Assembly: GCA_038231435.1 (NCBI GenBank)
Contig: JBBRLJ010000041.1
Span: forward strand, 1 to 45,935
Direction: 5' to 3'
Length of the DNA: 45,935 bases
Origin: Planctomycetota bacterium
GTDB lineage: Bacteria > Planctomycetota > UBA11346
Positions 1 to 9,020 of the stretch are shown here, piece by piece. Both the position numbers and the translations under genes were made by a program. A model generated the notes under the pieces. It was not told the DNA's origin. It was given only the letters and a program-made list of their open reading frames with translations, and did no database searches. Position 1 is the first letter of the stretch. Every line of letters starts with the position of its first letter.

Positions 1-92
1 GACGGGGTCACACCCGTTCCCATTCCGAACACGGCCGTTAAGCCCGTCTGCGCCGATGATACTCGTAAGGGGAAAGTAGGTCGTTGCCTGGA
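1..92 (+). rRNA. rrf: 5S rRNA (5' end truncated by the window edge)
   Basis: Conserved 5S motifs CACCCGTTCCCATTCCGAACACGG, GTTAAGC, GCCGATGATACT and GAAAGTAGGTCG. The 3' end is approximate. Confidence 0.95.
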
Positions 93-105
93 TTTTTTTC
101 TGAAA

Positions 106-139
106 CACCCGCTGTGAATAACAGCGGGTGGTTCTTTTT
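106..139 (+). terminator. Rho-independent terminator of the rRNA operon
   Basis: Perfect 10-bp stem CACCCGCTGT/ACAGCGGGTG with a GAATA loop, followed by GTTCTTTTT, directly after the 5S gene. Confidence 0.85.
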
Positions 140-246
140 GTGAACCAGGTCATCGGCACGCCACGCCACGCCCCGCAAAGGCGCCTCCGTGCTCGCTGTC
201 TGTACGTCGTGCCCATCGCTGAAGTACCTCGGCGCGAGTCGAGCCA

Positions 247-1581
247 TCAGTTTTTAAGGGCGAGGATCTCCGCCGCCATGTGGCCGGTCTGCGATGTGGG
301 CGAGAGCGCCTTCACCAGATCTGCGAGAGGCGCGGCCTTGTCTGGGACCAGCGTAGGGCTCGTACCCCCGCCACCCAGCAGAGCGGGAAACAATTTCACG
401 AACTCATCGTGCGCGCGCAAGGACAGCTGAAAGGATTTGTCCTTCCCGGCGGTGGCGAAGAGCGCGCGCAAATCCTTCTCTATCGGAGTCCCCTTGCACT
501 CGGCCAAGTAGATCGGCAGGTAGAATGCGGTGAGGGTCGGATCATCTGCCGCGAGCTGCTTCGCGAGAGCCGAAATGGCTCCGGTGCGTGCATCGATCTT
601 GGCCTTCAGGGCCTCCGCCTTGTCCTTGAGCGGCGCGGTGATCCCTGCCTTGCTGGCGAGCTTGTCGAGTGCGGACGAAGCGGAGCCCAGCTGCAGCGCG
701 TTCGCCGCCGCGACGATGTTTTTCAGCTCGGGCTCGTTGAAGTCCGGCGCGTAGACGAATGGCGCGAAGGCGAGATCGGAACGCGGAAATGCACGTGCCG
801 ATTCCGCCACGTCCTCGTCGAGGACCTGGTGGCCTTTTCCCTTGATGATCTTGAAATGGAGATCCGGAGGGGCGCCATTCTTGAGCGCCGCGTAGAGCTC
901 CTCGGTGCGGTGGGTCGCGTCGATGCCGAGGTTGGCGCCGGCGAGATTCCATTCGTCGGTGCCGACGCCGATGTACCAGCTCATGGCAGCGCCTTGGCTG
1001 GCATCGACGCGGTAATTGGATGAGTAGAGCGCGGTGTGGCAGAACGGCCACGTCGGCCCTCTGCTCTTGGATTCCTTGGTCGCCAGTAATCCATGGGGCA
1101 GGCCGCCACCCGAGAACGAACAGATAACTCCGCGTCCGACGATGATCTTGTAGTCGGCGATGGTCTGGGCGAGGGCCTCCTGCGCGGCCGCGACCTTACC
1201 ATCGGTGTCGGCCATGTTGTCGCCGTCCATGTACTGCATGTTGATGCCGATGAGGTTGTGCTTCTGCAGGAAGTAGGTGTCCCATTGGGTGAACCATTCG
1301 GCTCCGCCCTGCCCGTGCTGACCATGAAAGAACAGGTGCAGCCCCGCAGGATTGGCTTCCCCATACGACGCTGGCACCGAGACCCAGTATCCATAGCCCT
1401 TCTTTTTGCAGTCGACGTGGTATTTCCCCGATTTGCCCTGGTTCGCCGACGGCTGGAGGCCGCTCTGGCCCTTGTCCTTCGCAAGTTCCGCTGCCCGCGC
1501 GCTCACTGCGACCATGAAAACCAGAAAGCAGCCGCTGACGATCGCGACCAAGGCTCGGCTGGCGGACTCGACGATTCGCAT
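247..1581 (-). CDS. Secreted alpha/beta-hydrolase-fold protein (esterase-like) with helical C-terminal region
   Basis: ATG at 1581 preceded by GGAGGA. N-terminal signal peptide ending SARA-AE. LHLFFHG oxyanion motif, nucleophile-elbow-like CSFSGGG, and GKGH His motif. Confidence 0.65.
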   Translation of the reverse strand: MRIVESASRALVAIVSGCFLVFMVAVSARAAELAKDKGQSGLQPSANQGKSGKYHVDCKKKGYGYWVSVPASYGEANPAGLHLFFHGQHGQGGAEWFTQWDTYFLQKHNLIGINMQYMDGDNMADTDGKVAAAQEALAQTIADYKIIVGRGVICSFSGGGLPHGLLATKESKSRGPTWPFCHTALYSSNYRVDASQGAAMSWYIGVGTDEWNLAGANLGIDATHRTEELYAALKNGAPPDLHFKIIKGKGHQVLDEDVAESARAFPRSDLAFAPFVYAPDFNEPELKNIVAAANALQLGSASSALDKLASKAGITAPLKDKAEALKAKIDARTGAISALAKQLAADDPTLTAFYLPIYLAECKGTPIEKDLRALFATAGKDKSFQLSLRAHDEFVKLFPALLGGGGTSPTLVPDKAAPLADLVKALSPTSQTGHMAAEILALKN

Positions 1582-1795
1582 GTATCCTCCTGGCGATCTG
1601 GATGTCCCAGGGGATACCCGGGGAAACCCGGGGCGTTCACACAGTCGAGGCGAATGATACAATCCATGCTGATGTCCTCGGCCGTCGCGGTGGGAATGGA
1701 CGAGGTGTGCCACAGGCGCGTCGTCGTAAACGCCTTCCGTCACGAGGTTGCCCCTGGAATTCATCCCTCGGGCCCATTCAATCCCGGGTACGCCC

Positions 1796-3253
1796 ATGGC
1801 TGAGACGCTGCAAGAATCCGAGCCTGTCGCTGAACAGCCGCTGATGCGAGGCTCGGCCGAGGGCCGCGACCTGTTCGAGGTCGTCAAGCTCCTGAACCGC
1901 ACGCGCAAGACTGGCATCCTCAACGTCCAAGGCCCCGAGAACCGTGGCGAAATCTACGTGAAGGACGGCGCCATCGTGGGGTCGTTCTATAATGATCTCT
2001 CCGGTTCGTCCGCCTTGACCAGGGCCGTGCTGATGGGCAAGGCGACCTATCAGCTCGAGCGCCATGCCGGGCGCTTCCCGCACAACGTCACCCAGGACAC
2101 CGCCTTCATCCTCGAGTCGATCGAGAAGATCCTTTCCGAGTTTGGCGACCGGCTGTGGGGACAGGACGGTCAGGCCACGGCGTTCGGCGACGACGAATCC
2201 GATGACAGCGATGGCGATGACCTGTCTCCCAGCGATTCTCCGCGCGATCCCGAGACCCTGTTGATCGCAGCCTTCAGCCCGCCCGAGACCGGCCGCGTGC
2301 TGGGCAAATGCCGCCTCGACCAGGAAATCGGCCGCGGCGCCAGCTCGGTCGTCTACAAGGCCTTCCACCGCTCGTTGAACATCGACGTGGTGGTCAAGGT
2401 GCTGATGCAGGGCTCCGAGAATGCCGACCAGCATCGTGGCATGACCCGCAATGAGGCGCAGCTCCTCGCCCGACTCAACCATCCGAACGTCCTACGCATC
2501 TTCGATTTCGATGACCGCGGCCATTTCCCGCACCTGATCATGGAGTTCGTCGACGGCCCGTCGCTCGGAGGTCTGATCGGCGAGTACGGAGCGCTCGACG
2601 TCGACGTCGCCCTGCCATTGTTCTGCCAAGTCGCCGAAGGCCTCGCCTATGCCTACTCGGCCATCGGCATGGTCCACTGCGATCTCAAGCCGACGAACAT
2701 CCTCATCACCAAGGGCATGCAGGCTAAGGTCGCCGACATGGGGCTGGCCCGCGCAACGCGCATGACCCAGACGCAGCGGTTGACCAAGGCAGGGCTCGAC
2801 AAGGGCGTCGCTGGCACACCCACCTACATTGCGCCCGAGCAGGTGATGGACGGCCTCGACAGCGTCAACCACCGCTCCGACGTGTATTCGCTCGGCGCCA
2901 CATTCTACCATGCGTTCACCGGCCGTCCGCCATTCGAGGATCCGGATCCGATCGAGCTGATGGCGATGCGCCTGAAGGTCGACCCGATCCCCCCGCACGT
3001 CGCCAACTCAGCGCTCGATCGCTCGCTCTCGGACCTGATCATGTCGATGATGGTCCGGGATCCGGTCCATCGCCTGCATACGTGCGAAGACGCCCTCAAC
3101 GTGCTCACCGCCATCATGGAGAAGCGCGACGAGGACGAGCAGCGTCGCACTGGCGATGGCAAAATCATCCGCCGCCGCACCTCGTTCTGGAATCAGGTTC
3201 CGGCGCAGCTGTTTCGCAAGGCCACCGCGAGCGATCGCGGCCAGGTCGGCTGA
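1796..3253 (+). CDS. Ser/Thr protein kinase with N-terminal DUF4388/PATAN-like domain
   Basis: IGRGASSVVY, VVVKVL, HCDLKPTN, DMG, GTPTYIAPE, DVYSLG. N-terminal LFEVVKLLNRTRKTGIL...GEIYVKDGAIV resembles DUF4388. Acidic linker. Confidence 0.9.
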   Translation: MAETLQESEPVAEQPLMRGSAEGRDLFEVVKLLNRTRKTGILNVQGPENRGEIYVKDGAIVGSFYNDLSGSSALTRAVLMGKATYQLERHAGRFPHNVTQDTAFILESIEKILSEFGDRLWGQDGQATAFGDDESDDSDGDDLSPSDSPRDPETLLIAAFSPPETGRVLGKCRLDQEIGRGASSVVYKAFHRSLNIDVVVKVLMQGSENADQHRGMTRNEAQLLARLNHPNVLRIFDFDDRGHFPHLIMEFVDGPSLGGLIGEYGALDVDVALPLFCQVAEGLAYAYSAIGMVHCDLKPTNILITKGMQAKVADMGLARATRMTQTQRLTKAGLDKGVAGTPTYIAPEQVMDGLDSVNHRSDVYSLGATFYHAFTGRPPFEDPDPIELMAMRLKVDPIPPHVANSALDRSLSDLIMSMMVRDPVHRLHTCEDALNVLTAIMEKRDEDEQRRTGDGKIIRRRTSFWNQVPAQLFRKATASDRGQVG

Positions 3254-3614
3254 ACTGTCAGTTGGGGGCTACTTCCTGCGGACGTCTGCTGCCCCACAGG
3301 GCATCTGAGATCGCTTCGCGATCCCCCCAAACATCGGCCTGCCCCTACCGACCGGGGACTCCCGCCGGCCGGCCCCTTGAAAGCAGGAAACAGGGCTTGA
3401 GAGACGGGCTGCTGTCCCGCTGAAGTCGCGTGAGGAGTGATCATTTGGCGCCCGGCAATAAGCCGAGGTCGCGCGTCCGACGTTGGACACCGCATCCTCA
3501 ACCTGGTTCGGCATATCATCTGATAGGTGCATATCGCCGTAGACGACGGACGACGCCACGCGGACGCTTTCCCTGGGACTGTGCCCCCGCACGCCACCCC
3601 ATACAACCTCGTGC

Positions 3615-4532
3615 ATGAACTGGCTGCTCGCTGTCATCGCCGCCGCGATCCTGGGTTTCCGTGCGTACCTGCTGTGGTCGAATCGGAACGAGCGCGGCTG
3701 GAAGTGGTGGGCCGGCTGGGTGGTTCCCGTGTTCGCCGGAATCGTCCTTCTTGCCGAGCTAGGCAGCCTGATCGAGATCAAGAAATTCATCGGCCATCTG
3801 CTGATGCCGGCCGGTCTGGCCTGGTTGGGGTTGGCTGGCGCGGTTACGTGGTCGGCGCTGCGACGGCAGCGGGGGCTCGCCATTCTCTGTGGCTGCGTAT
3901 TCGTGCTCTACTCTCTGGCGGGGAACGCTTGGATCGGCGGGCTGCTGATCCGCAGCCTCGAACGCGGCACCGCGCCAGTGGATATCGCCAAGCTCGCCGA
4001 CCACGGCCCTGAGCAATTCGACGTGGTCTGCGTTCTCGGCGGTGGCACGGATCGCGCCCCAGATGGGCGCGCCGAGGCTTCTGTGGGCGGAGACCGCGTG
4101 GTCATGGCGGCGCAACTGTTCCTCGCCGGCAAATCCAGGGCCCTGGTATCATCCGGCTCGACCGTGGACGGCATGGAGCTCAAGCGCGATCTCGCCGAGG
4201 AGACGGCTGCGATCTGGCGCGGCCTAGGGGTGCCGGGCGAGGCCATCGTCACCCTGCCGGGTCCGCGCGTCACCAGCGAGGAGATCGCGGCGTACCGCGC
4301 GGAACGGAAGGAACGGATGTGGACCCGGGTGGGCCTGGTCACCTCCGCCTGGCACATGCCGCGTGCGCTCAGGCTCTGTCGTCGCGCAGGTCTAGACGTC
4401 GTGCCCATCCCGTGCGATTTCCGCGGCAGCGTACCCGGCTGGTCCCTCGTCTGGCTGGTTCCTCAGGAGCGCGGCTTCCAGCGCGTGCAGCTCGCGATGT
4501 GGGAATACCTGGGCCTGCTCACTGGCAGTTGA
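3615..4532 (+). CDS. YdcF/ElyC (DUF218) family membrane protein
   Basis: N-terminal TM helices, VCVLGGG, LVSSG, LVTSAWHMPRA, PIPCDF and WEYLG motifs. Confidence 0.85.
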   Translation: MNWLLAVIAAAILGFRAYLLWSNRNERGWKWWAGWVVPVFAGIVLLAELGSLIEIKKFIGHLLMPAGLAWLGLAGAVTWSALRRQRGLAILCGCVFVLYSLAGNAWIGGLLIRSLERGTAPVDIAKLADHGPEQFDVVCVLGGGTDRAPDGRAEASVGGDRVVMAAQLFLAGKSRALVSSGSTVDGMELKRDLAEETAAIWRGLGVPGEAIVTLPGPRVTSEEIAAYRAERKERMWTRVGLVTSAWHMPRALRLCRRAGLDVVPIPCDFRGSVPGWSLVWLVPQERGFQRVQLAMWEYLGLLTGS

Positions 4533-4588
4533 CTGGCGATTGACCGAGCAGTCGATCCGCAGTCGATCGGCAGCAGCGGAGGCTCAGG

Positions 4589-6001
4589 TCAGCCGCTCGG
4601 CTGTTCTTCGTCCTCTTCCTTGGGCATCTCGATTGACAGCGACATCACCGTCACGTCGTCCTCGAGCACGCCGGAGGCGAACTGACGCGCATCGCGCACC
4701 AGCGCCGACACGACCTCGTCGTAGGGCTGCTCGATGTTCCCGATCAGGGTGCCCATCAGACGCCAATCTCCGTACTCGGCGCCGCGGGCGTTGTGCACCT
4801 CGCTCAGGCCGTCGGTGTACATGATCACCGTGTCCCCGGGCTCGAGCGTGATCGGCATGGGCCTGAGCGAGCGCTTGAACATCTCACCCGACATCAAGCC
4901 CAGCGCGGCGCCTTTGTTGCCGATCTTCTCGAGCACCGTCTTCTTGCTCATGCTGACGAAGAACGACGGGTGGTGCCCGGCGCAGACGCATTGCAGCGTC
5001 CGGGTCTGCACGTCGAGGATGCCGGCGAACATGGTGATGAACTGACCGGTCAGCAGGTCGGTGCGGACTTCATCGTTGAGACGGGTGAGGATCTCGACGA
5101 GCCCGCGCTCCTGCTTCAGGATGAAGCGCAGCGCTTTCAGGGCCGCGACCACCACCATGGCGCCCTGCACGCCATGACCGGTGACGTCGGCCAGGCACAG
5201 GAAGAATTTCCCGGGCTCGATCTCCTTGCACTCGTAGAAGTCGCCGCCGACCTGCGAGTGCGGCTCATAATGGACCGTGAATCCGAAACCAGAGATCGCC
5301 GGTAGCGGCGCGAGCATCTTCTCGATGATGCGCTCTGCCTTGTCCATGTCGTCGTTGAGGCTGCCGGTCTCCGCCTTCTTGGTACGGGAGGTGGTGTCGG
5401 CGCGCGAGCCAGACACCTTGGTGGTACCGTGGGTCATCGAGTCCATCGGCTGGATCTGCTGCTGGCTGCTGAACCGCGTCGAGCGGACGGCCTCGTCCAA
5501 CTTGAACTTGTCGAGCATCTTGCCCGATTGCGCCTCGGGACATTTGCTGAGCACCAAGGCGAGTTCCTGCATCATCTCGGCGGTGACCGCCCCATCCTTG
5601 CGCGAGAGCCTGACCCATTGCGCGTTGAAGGCGTTGAGCCAGCGCCCATCGGCGTTGAAGATGCGCAGGCTCGGCTCGAGCTCCATGTTCTCCTTGAGGA
5701 ACAGCAGCCAGCGGAACTGCTGGACCTCGTCCACGGTCTTCTGCTTGGCCTTGGTCCACGGCTGGTTGTCGAGCAGGTATTCCTTCGCCGGCTCAGGGTA
5801 GCCGAACGGGGCCTGGATGCGCGTGCCCGTGTACGGGCAGATCCAATGGATCCCATCGACGGTCATGACCTTGAACGCGGGGTCGGTCTCGAGCACCTTC
5901 TCGAGTTTCTGTGCCAACAACGCCCTGGCCGCTGCCGCCTTCTCTTCAGGCGTCGGCTCGACGTTCACCGGCTCGGGCGGCTTCTTCTCGAACCAGGCCA
6001 T
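4589..6001 (-). CDS. SpoIIE/RsbU-type PP2C protein phosphatase with unrecognised N-terminal domain
   Basis: VGGDFY, ADVTGHG, FITMF, AGH, YTDGLSE and DDVT motifs in the C-terminal half. Confidence 0.92.
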   Translation of the reverse strand: MAWFEKKPPEPVNVEPTPEEKAAAARALLAQKLEKVLETDPAFKVMTVDGIHWICPYTGTRIQAPFGYPEPAKEYLLDNQPWTKAKQKTVDEVQQFRWLLFLKENMELEPSLRIFNADGRWLNAFNAQWVRLSRKDGAVTAEMMQELALVLSKCPEAQSGKMLDKFKLDEAVRSTRFSSQQQIQPMDSMTHGTTKVSGSRADTTSRTKKAETGSLNDDMDKAERIIEKMLAPLPAISGFGFTVHYEPHSQVGGDFYECKEIEPGKFFLCLADVTGHGVQGAMVVVAALKALRFILKQERGLVEILTRLNDEVRTDLLTGQFITMFAGILDVQTRTLQCVCAGHHPSFFVSMSKKTVLEKIGNKGAALGLMSGEMFKRSLRPMPITLEPGDTVIMYTDGLSEVHNARGAEYGDWRLMGTLIGNIEQPYDEVVSALVRDARQFASGVLEDDVTVMSLSIEMPKEEDEEQPSG

Positions 6002-6087
6002 GCTCTACGATCATCCCCCGACAGCAGCTGAGTGCCAACCCGATTTTGGTTCATGGACAGTGCATTGGCAATGCATCAGCCCCATGC

Positions 6088-6939
6088 TCACCATGTAGTC
6101 TCCGGCTTTCGCGCCGCCGCCGGCGCGTGCCGCCACTTGGCTGGGCTCAGGCCATGATGCCCACGGAAGATGCGGATGAAATAGTTGGCGCTGCTGAACC
6201 CGCAGGCCTGGGCGACTTCGGAGACGGTCAGGTAGGAATTGCCCAGGAGCTTGCGTGCGAGCTGCAACCTCAGTCCCTGTTGGTATTTGAGCGGCCCGCA
6301 TGCGAATCGCTCGCGAAACAGCGCGGTCAGGTGGCTGACGCTGACGCCGGCGCTGCGCGCGATGTCCTGCGCACGCAGCGCGTCGAGCTGGCGGCGCTCG
6401 ACGTAGCGCACCGCCCGCGCCAACGGCGCCGGCAGGTCCCGCGACACGCCGAGACGGTGTTCGAGTTGGTTCAGGCGCTCGAGCACCGCCAGCAGCAGCC
6501 CGGCCGCCACGGCATCGGGAACCGGTTCGGGACTCTCGAGCAGCCGGCACAGATCCTCGAGCCACGACAGGCAGCGTTCGTCGGCGCCGACCGGGATGGT
6601 GCGCGGTCGGGACGAGAATCCCAAGGGCGTGGAATGGAACACCAGGTAGCTGGTGCGGGTGAGGCCCCCCACGTTCACCTGGTTGTGCTCGACGTCCTCG
6701 GGCAGGACGAAGACCGTGCCGACCTCGCCTTCGAGCGTCTCCCCGGCGACCTCGATGCGGCATGCACCGGCGGTCACCAGCACCAGCTCGATGCCGCCAT
6801 GGCGATGGAAGGCCACGTCCTGCGTCGACGCGAAACGCCCGGCGAACGACGCGCGCGGCAGGGTCGCGATCGCCAAGCCGTGGCGACGGGGCTTGTTGGC
6901 CGGGCTTGCACCAGGGGTGGACTTTGCGGGCGGGACCAT
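6088..6939 (-). CDS. AraC family transcriptional regulator (cupin + HTH)
   Basis: Cupin motif FHRHGGIELVLV. C-terminal VSEVAQACGFSSANYFIRIFR...SPAKWR. Confidence 0.9.
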   Translation of the reverse strand: MVPPAKSTPGASPANKPRRHGLAIATLPRASFAGRFASTQDVAFHRHGGIELVLVTAGACRIEVAGETLEGEVGTVFVLPEDVEHNQVNVGGLTRTSYLVFHSTPLGFSSRPRTIPVGADERCLSWLEDLCRLLESPEPVPDAVAAGLLLAVLERLNQLEHRLGVSRDLPAPLARAVRYVERRQLDALRAQDIARSAGVSVSHLTALFRERFACGPLKYQQGLRLQLARKLLGNSYLTVSEVAQACGFSSANYFIRIFRGHHGLSPAKWRHAPAAARKPETTW

Positions 6940-7006
6940 CGTTTCGTGCTATTAGATCATCGTCCGCTGCTCTGCAATCTGGGAAATCCAGGGTTATGCT
7001 GTGGTC

Positions 7007-7915
7007 ATGAGCGCCAACGCGATAGCTGCTACTCCCGTCCTGGACGCTGCCGCAGCGGATGGTCGTCCGGCCTGGCAGGGGGATTTCCACCGCGACGGCT
7101 TCGCCGTCATCGACGGGATCATTCCCATGGCCGAGATCGAAGCCCTGCGCAGGGCCGCCGACAGCAGCGAGATCACCGGCGAGCTCACGCGCCAAGGAGC
7201 CGACACGCAGGCCGTCCATCTGCTTGGGCTCACCGGCCGCGATCCGGCCTTCCTCGCGCTCGCTCGCGATCCGCGCATCCTCGACCTGGTCGAGGCGGTG
7301 ATCGGCGCCGACATCCAGCTGCAGCACGCCAAGCTCGCCATCAAGCCGACGCTCAAGGGCCATGGCGCCTATGCCTGGCACCAGGACTTCGCCTTCTTCC
7401 CCCACACCAACACCAGTCTGGTCGCGGTGATGGTGATGCTCGACGACGCCACCGAGGACAATGGTTGCATGCGCGCGGTGCGCGGCAGCCATCGCCTCGG
7501 TCTGCTCGAGCACCGCGTGCGCGGCGCCTTCGCTGGCGGCTGTCAGGAGCGGGCGCGCTGGGGCGAAGGGGCAGACATCGCGTCGATGACGCCCAAGGCC
7601 GGGGGCATCAGCATCCACCACTGCCTGACGCTGCACGGTTCGGCGGACAACCGTTCCGGCCTGCCGCGCCGCGGCGTGGTGTTCCAATATCGCGCCGACG
7701 ACGCCCACCAGCTCGCCGATTCGGTGTTCGACGACACTGGCCTGCTGGTTCGCGGGGTCCGCCGCGGCGTGGTGCGCTGCGAAGCGGGCAGCTGGCTGCT
7801 GCCCACGGTGCCGTCGCGCACGCCGGCCTTCGGCAATGTCTGGAACCAGGAAGGCGAGCGCGCCCGGGCACTCAACGCCCCGGTCGAACAGCCCGCCACC
7901 ATGCCCCGCGCCTGA
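7007..7915 (+). CDS. Phytanoyl-CoA dioxygenase (PhyH) family Fe(II)/2OG oxygenase
   Basis: FHRDGF, WHQD (HxD), LDDATEDNGCM...GSH, distal His in LHGSADN, and R. Confidence 0.9.
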   Translation: MSANAIAATPVLDAAAADGRPAWQGDFHRDGFAVIDGIIPMAEIEALRRAADSSEITGELTRQGADTQAVHLLGLTGRDPAFLALARDPRILDLVEAVIGADIQLQHAKLAIKPTLKGHGAYAWHQDFAFFPHTNTSLVAVMVMLDDATEDNGCMRAVRGSHRLGLLEHRVRGAFAGGCQERARWGEGADIASMTPKAGGISIHHCLTLHGSADNRSGLPRRGVVFQYRADDAHQLADSVFDDTGLLVRGVRRGVVRCEAGSWLLPTVPSRTPAFGNVWNQEGERARALNAPVEQPATMPRA

Positions 7916-7976
7916 ATCCTCCGACGCACCATCCAACGCACCTCCGACGCACCATAAGACACTCCCTGGAGAGCCC

Positions 7977-8957
7977 ATGACCACCCGCACCAAAGTGATC
8001 CTCGACACCGACATCGGCGACGACATCGATGATGCCCTCGCCCTGGGCCTGATCCTGGCGAGTCCCGAGCTCGAGCTGGTCGGCGTGACCACGGTGTTCG
8101 GCAACGTCCTCGCCCGCGCGCGCCAGGCGCGCTCGATCCTGGCCAAGGCCGGCGTGCGCGGCATCCCGGTCGCGGCTGGATGCGGCGCGACCATGGCCTC
8201 GCGCCTGGTTGCCGGAGACCCGCGCAAGGCGCTGCTCGAGAACCATCTCCCCAACCAGGACGCCGCCTGCCTGCCCGAGTCGGAGCTCGAGCCGCTCGAC
8301 AGGCGCCACGGCGTGGACTTCCTCATCGAGACGATCATGGCTGGGGCCGGCGATATCGTCCCCATCACGATCGGTGCATTGACCAACTTGGCGATGGCCC
8401 TGGTCAAGGAGCCGCGCATCGCGGCGAAGATTCCGCGCATCGTCGCGATGGCGGCCGAGGTGCGCCGACCGATGGCGGAGTGGAACATCAAGTGCGATCC
8501 CGAGGCCGCGTTCATCGTCTTCAACAGCGGCATCCCCATCGACGTCACCACCTGGCACATCGGTGACGTCGCCAAGTTCAGCGACGAGGACCTGGCGCGC
8601 ATGCGCGCCGCCACCGCGCCTCTGGCCAAGCACCTGTCGCTGACCATCGACGAATGGCGCAAGGGCTGGGGTCATCTGCCGAGCCTGTTCGATCCGCTCG
8701 CGGTCGCGACCATGATGAAGCCCGAGCTCTGCACCTGGAAGCAGGGCACCATCACCGTGGAGCTGCGCGGCGACAGTACCTACGCCATGACCATGTTCGC
8801 CGAGGCGCCGGCGAAACCCGAGGCGGGCAAGCCGGCCGCGCCGCATCGCGTGGCCTGGGACGTCGATCGCACCGCGGCGCTGGATTTCTTCCTCGGCCGT
8901 ATCCTCACCCACGCTTCCGGAGCGGGAAAGGCGGGCGCCGCGAACGCCAAGCGCTAG
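7977..8957 (+). CDS. Inosine/uridine-preferring nucleoside hydrolase family protein
   Basis: ILDTDIGDDIDDALAL, VTTVFGN, IGALTNLA, EWNIKCDPEAA and FDPLAV. GGAG upstream of the ATG. Confidence 0.9.
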   Translation: MTTRTKVILDTDIGDDIDDALALGLILASPELELVGVTTVFGNVLARARQARSILAKAGVRGIPVAAGCGATMASRLVAGDPRKALLENHLPNQDAACLPESELEPLDRRHGVDFLIETIMAGAGDIVPITIGALTNLAMALVKEPRIAAKIPRIVAMAAEVRRPMAEWNIKCDPEAAFIVFNSGIPIDVTTWHIGDVAKFSDEDLARMRAATAPLAKHLSLTIDEWRKGWGHLPSLFDPLAVATMMKPELCTWKQGTITVELRGDSTYAMTMFAEAPAKPEAGKPAAPHRVAWDVDRTAALDFFLGRILTHASGAGKAGAANAKR

Positions 8958-9020
8958 GTCTGCGTCCGATCCGCCTCTTGACCGGCAGCAGAGCGGCCTC
9001 GATCCGACATGGCGGCCTGC

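Noticed and set aside
1582..1923. Upstream extension of the 558-aa ORF
   Set aside because: It overlaps the divergent kinase. A strong GGAGGA and a signal peptide mark the start at 1581.
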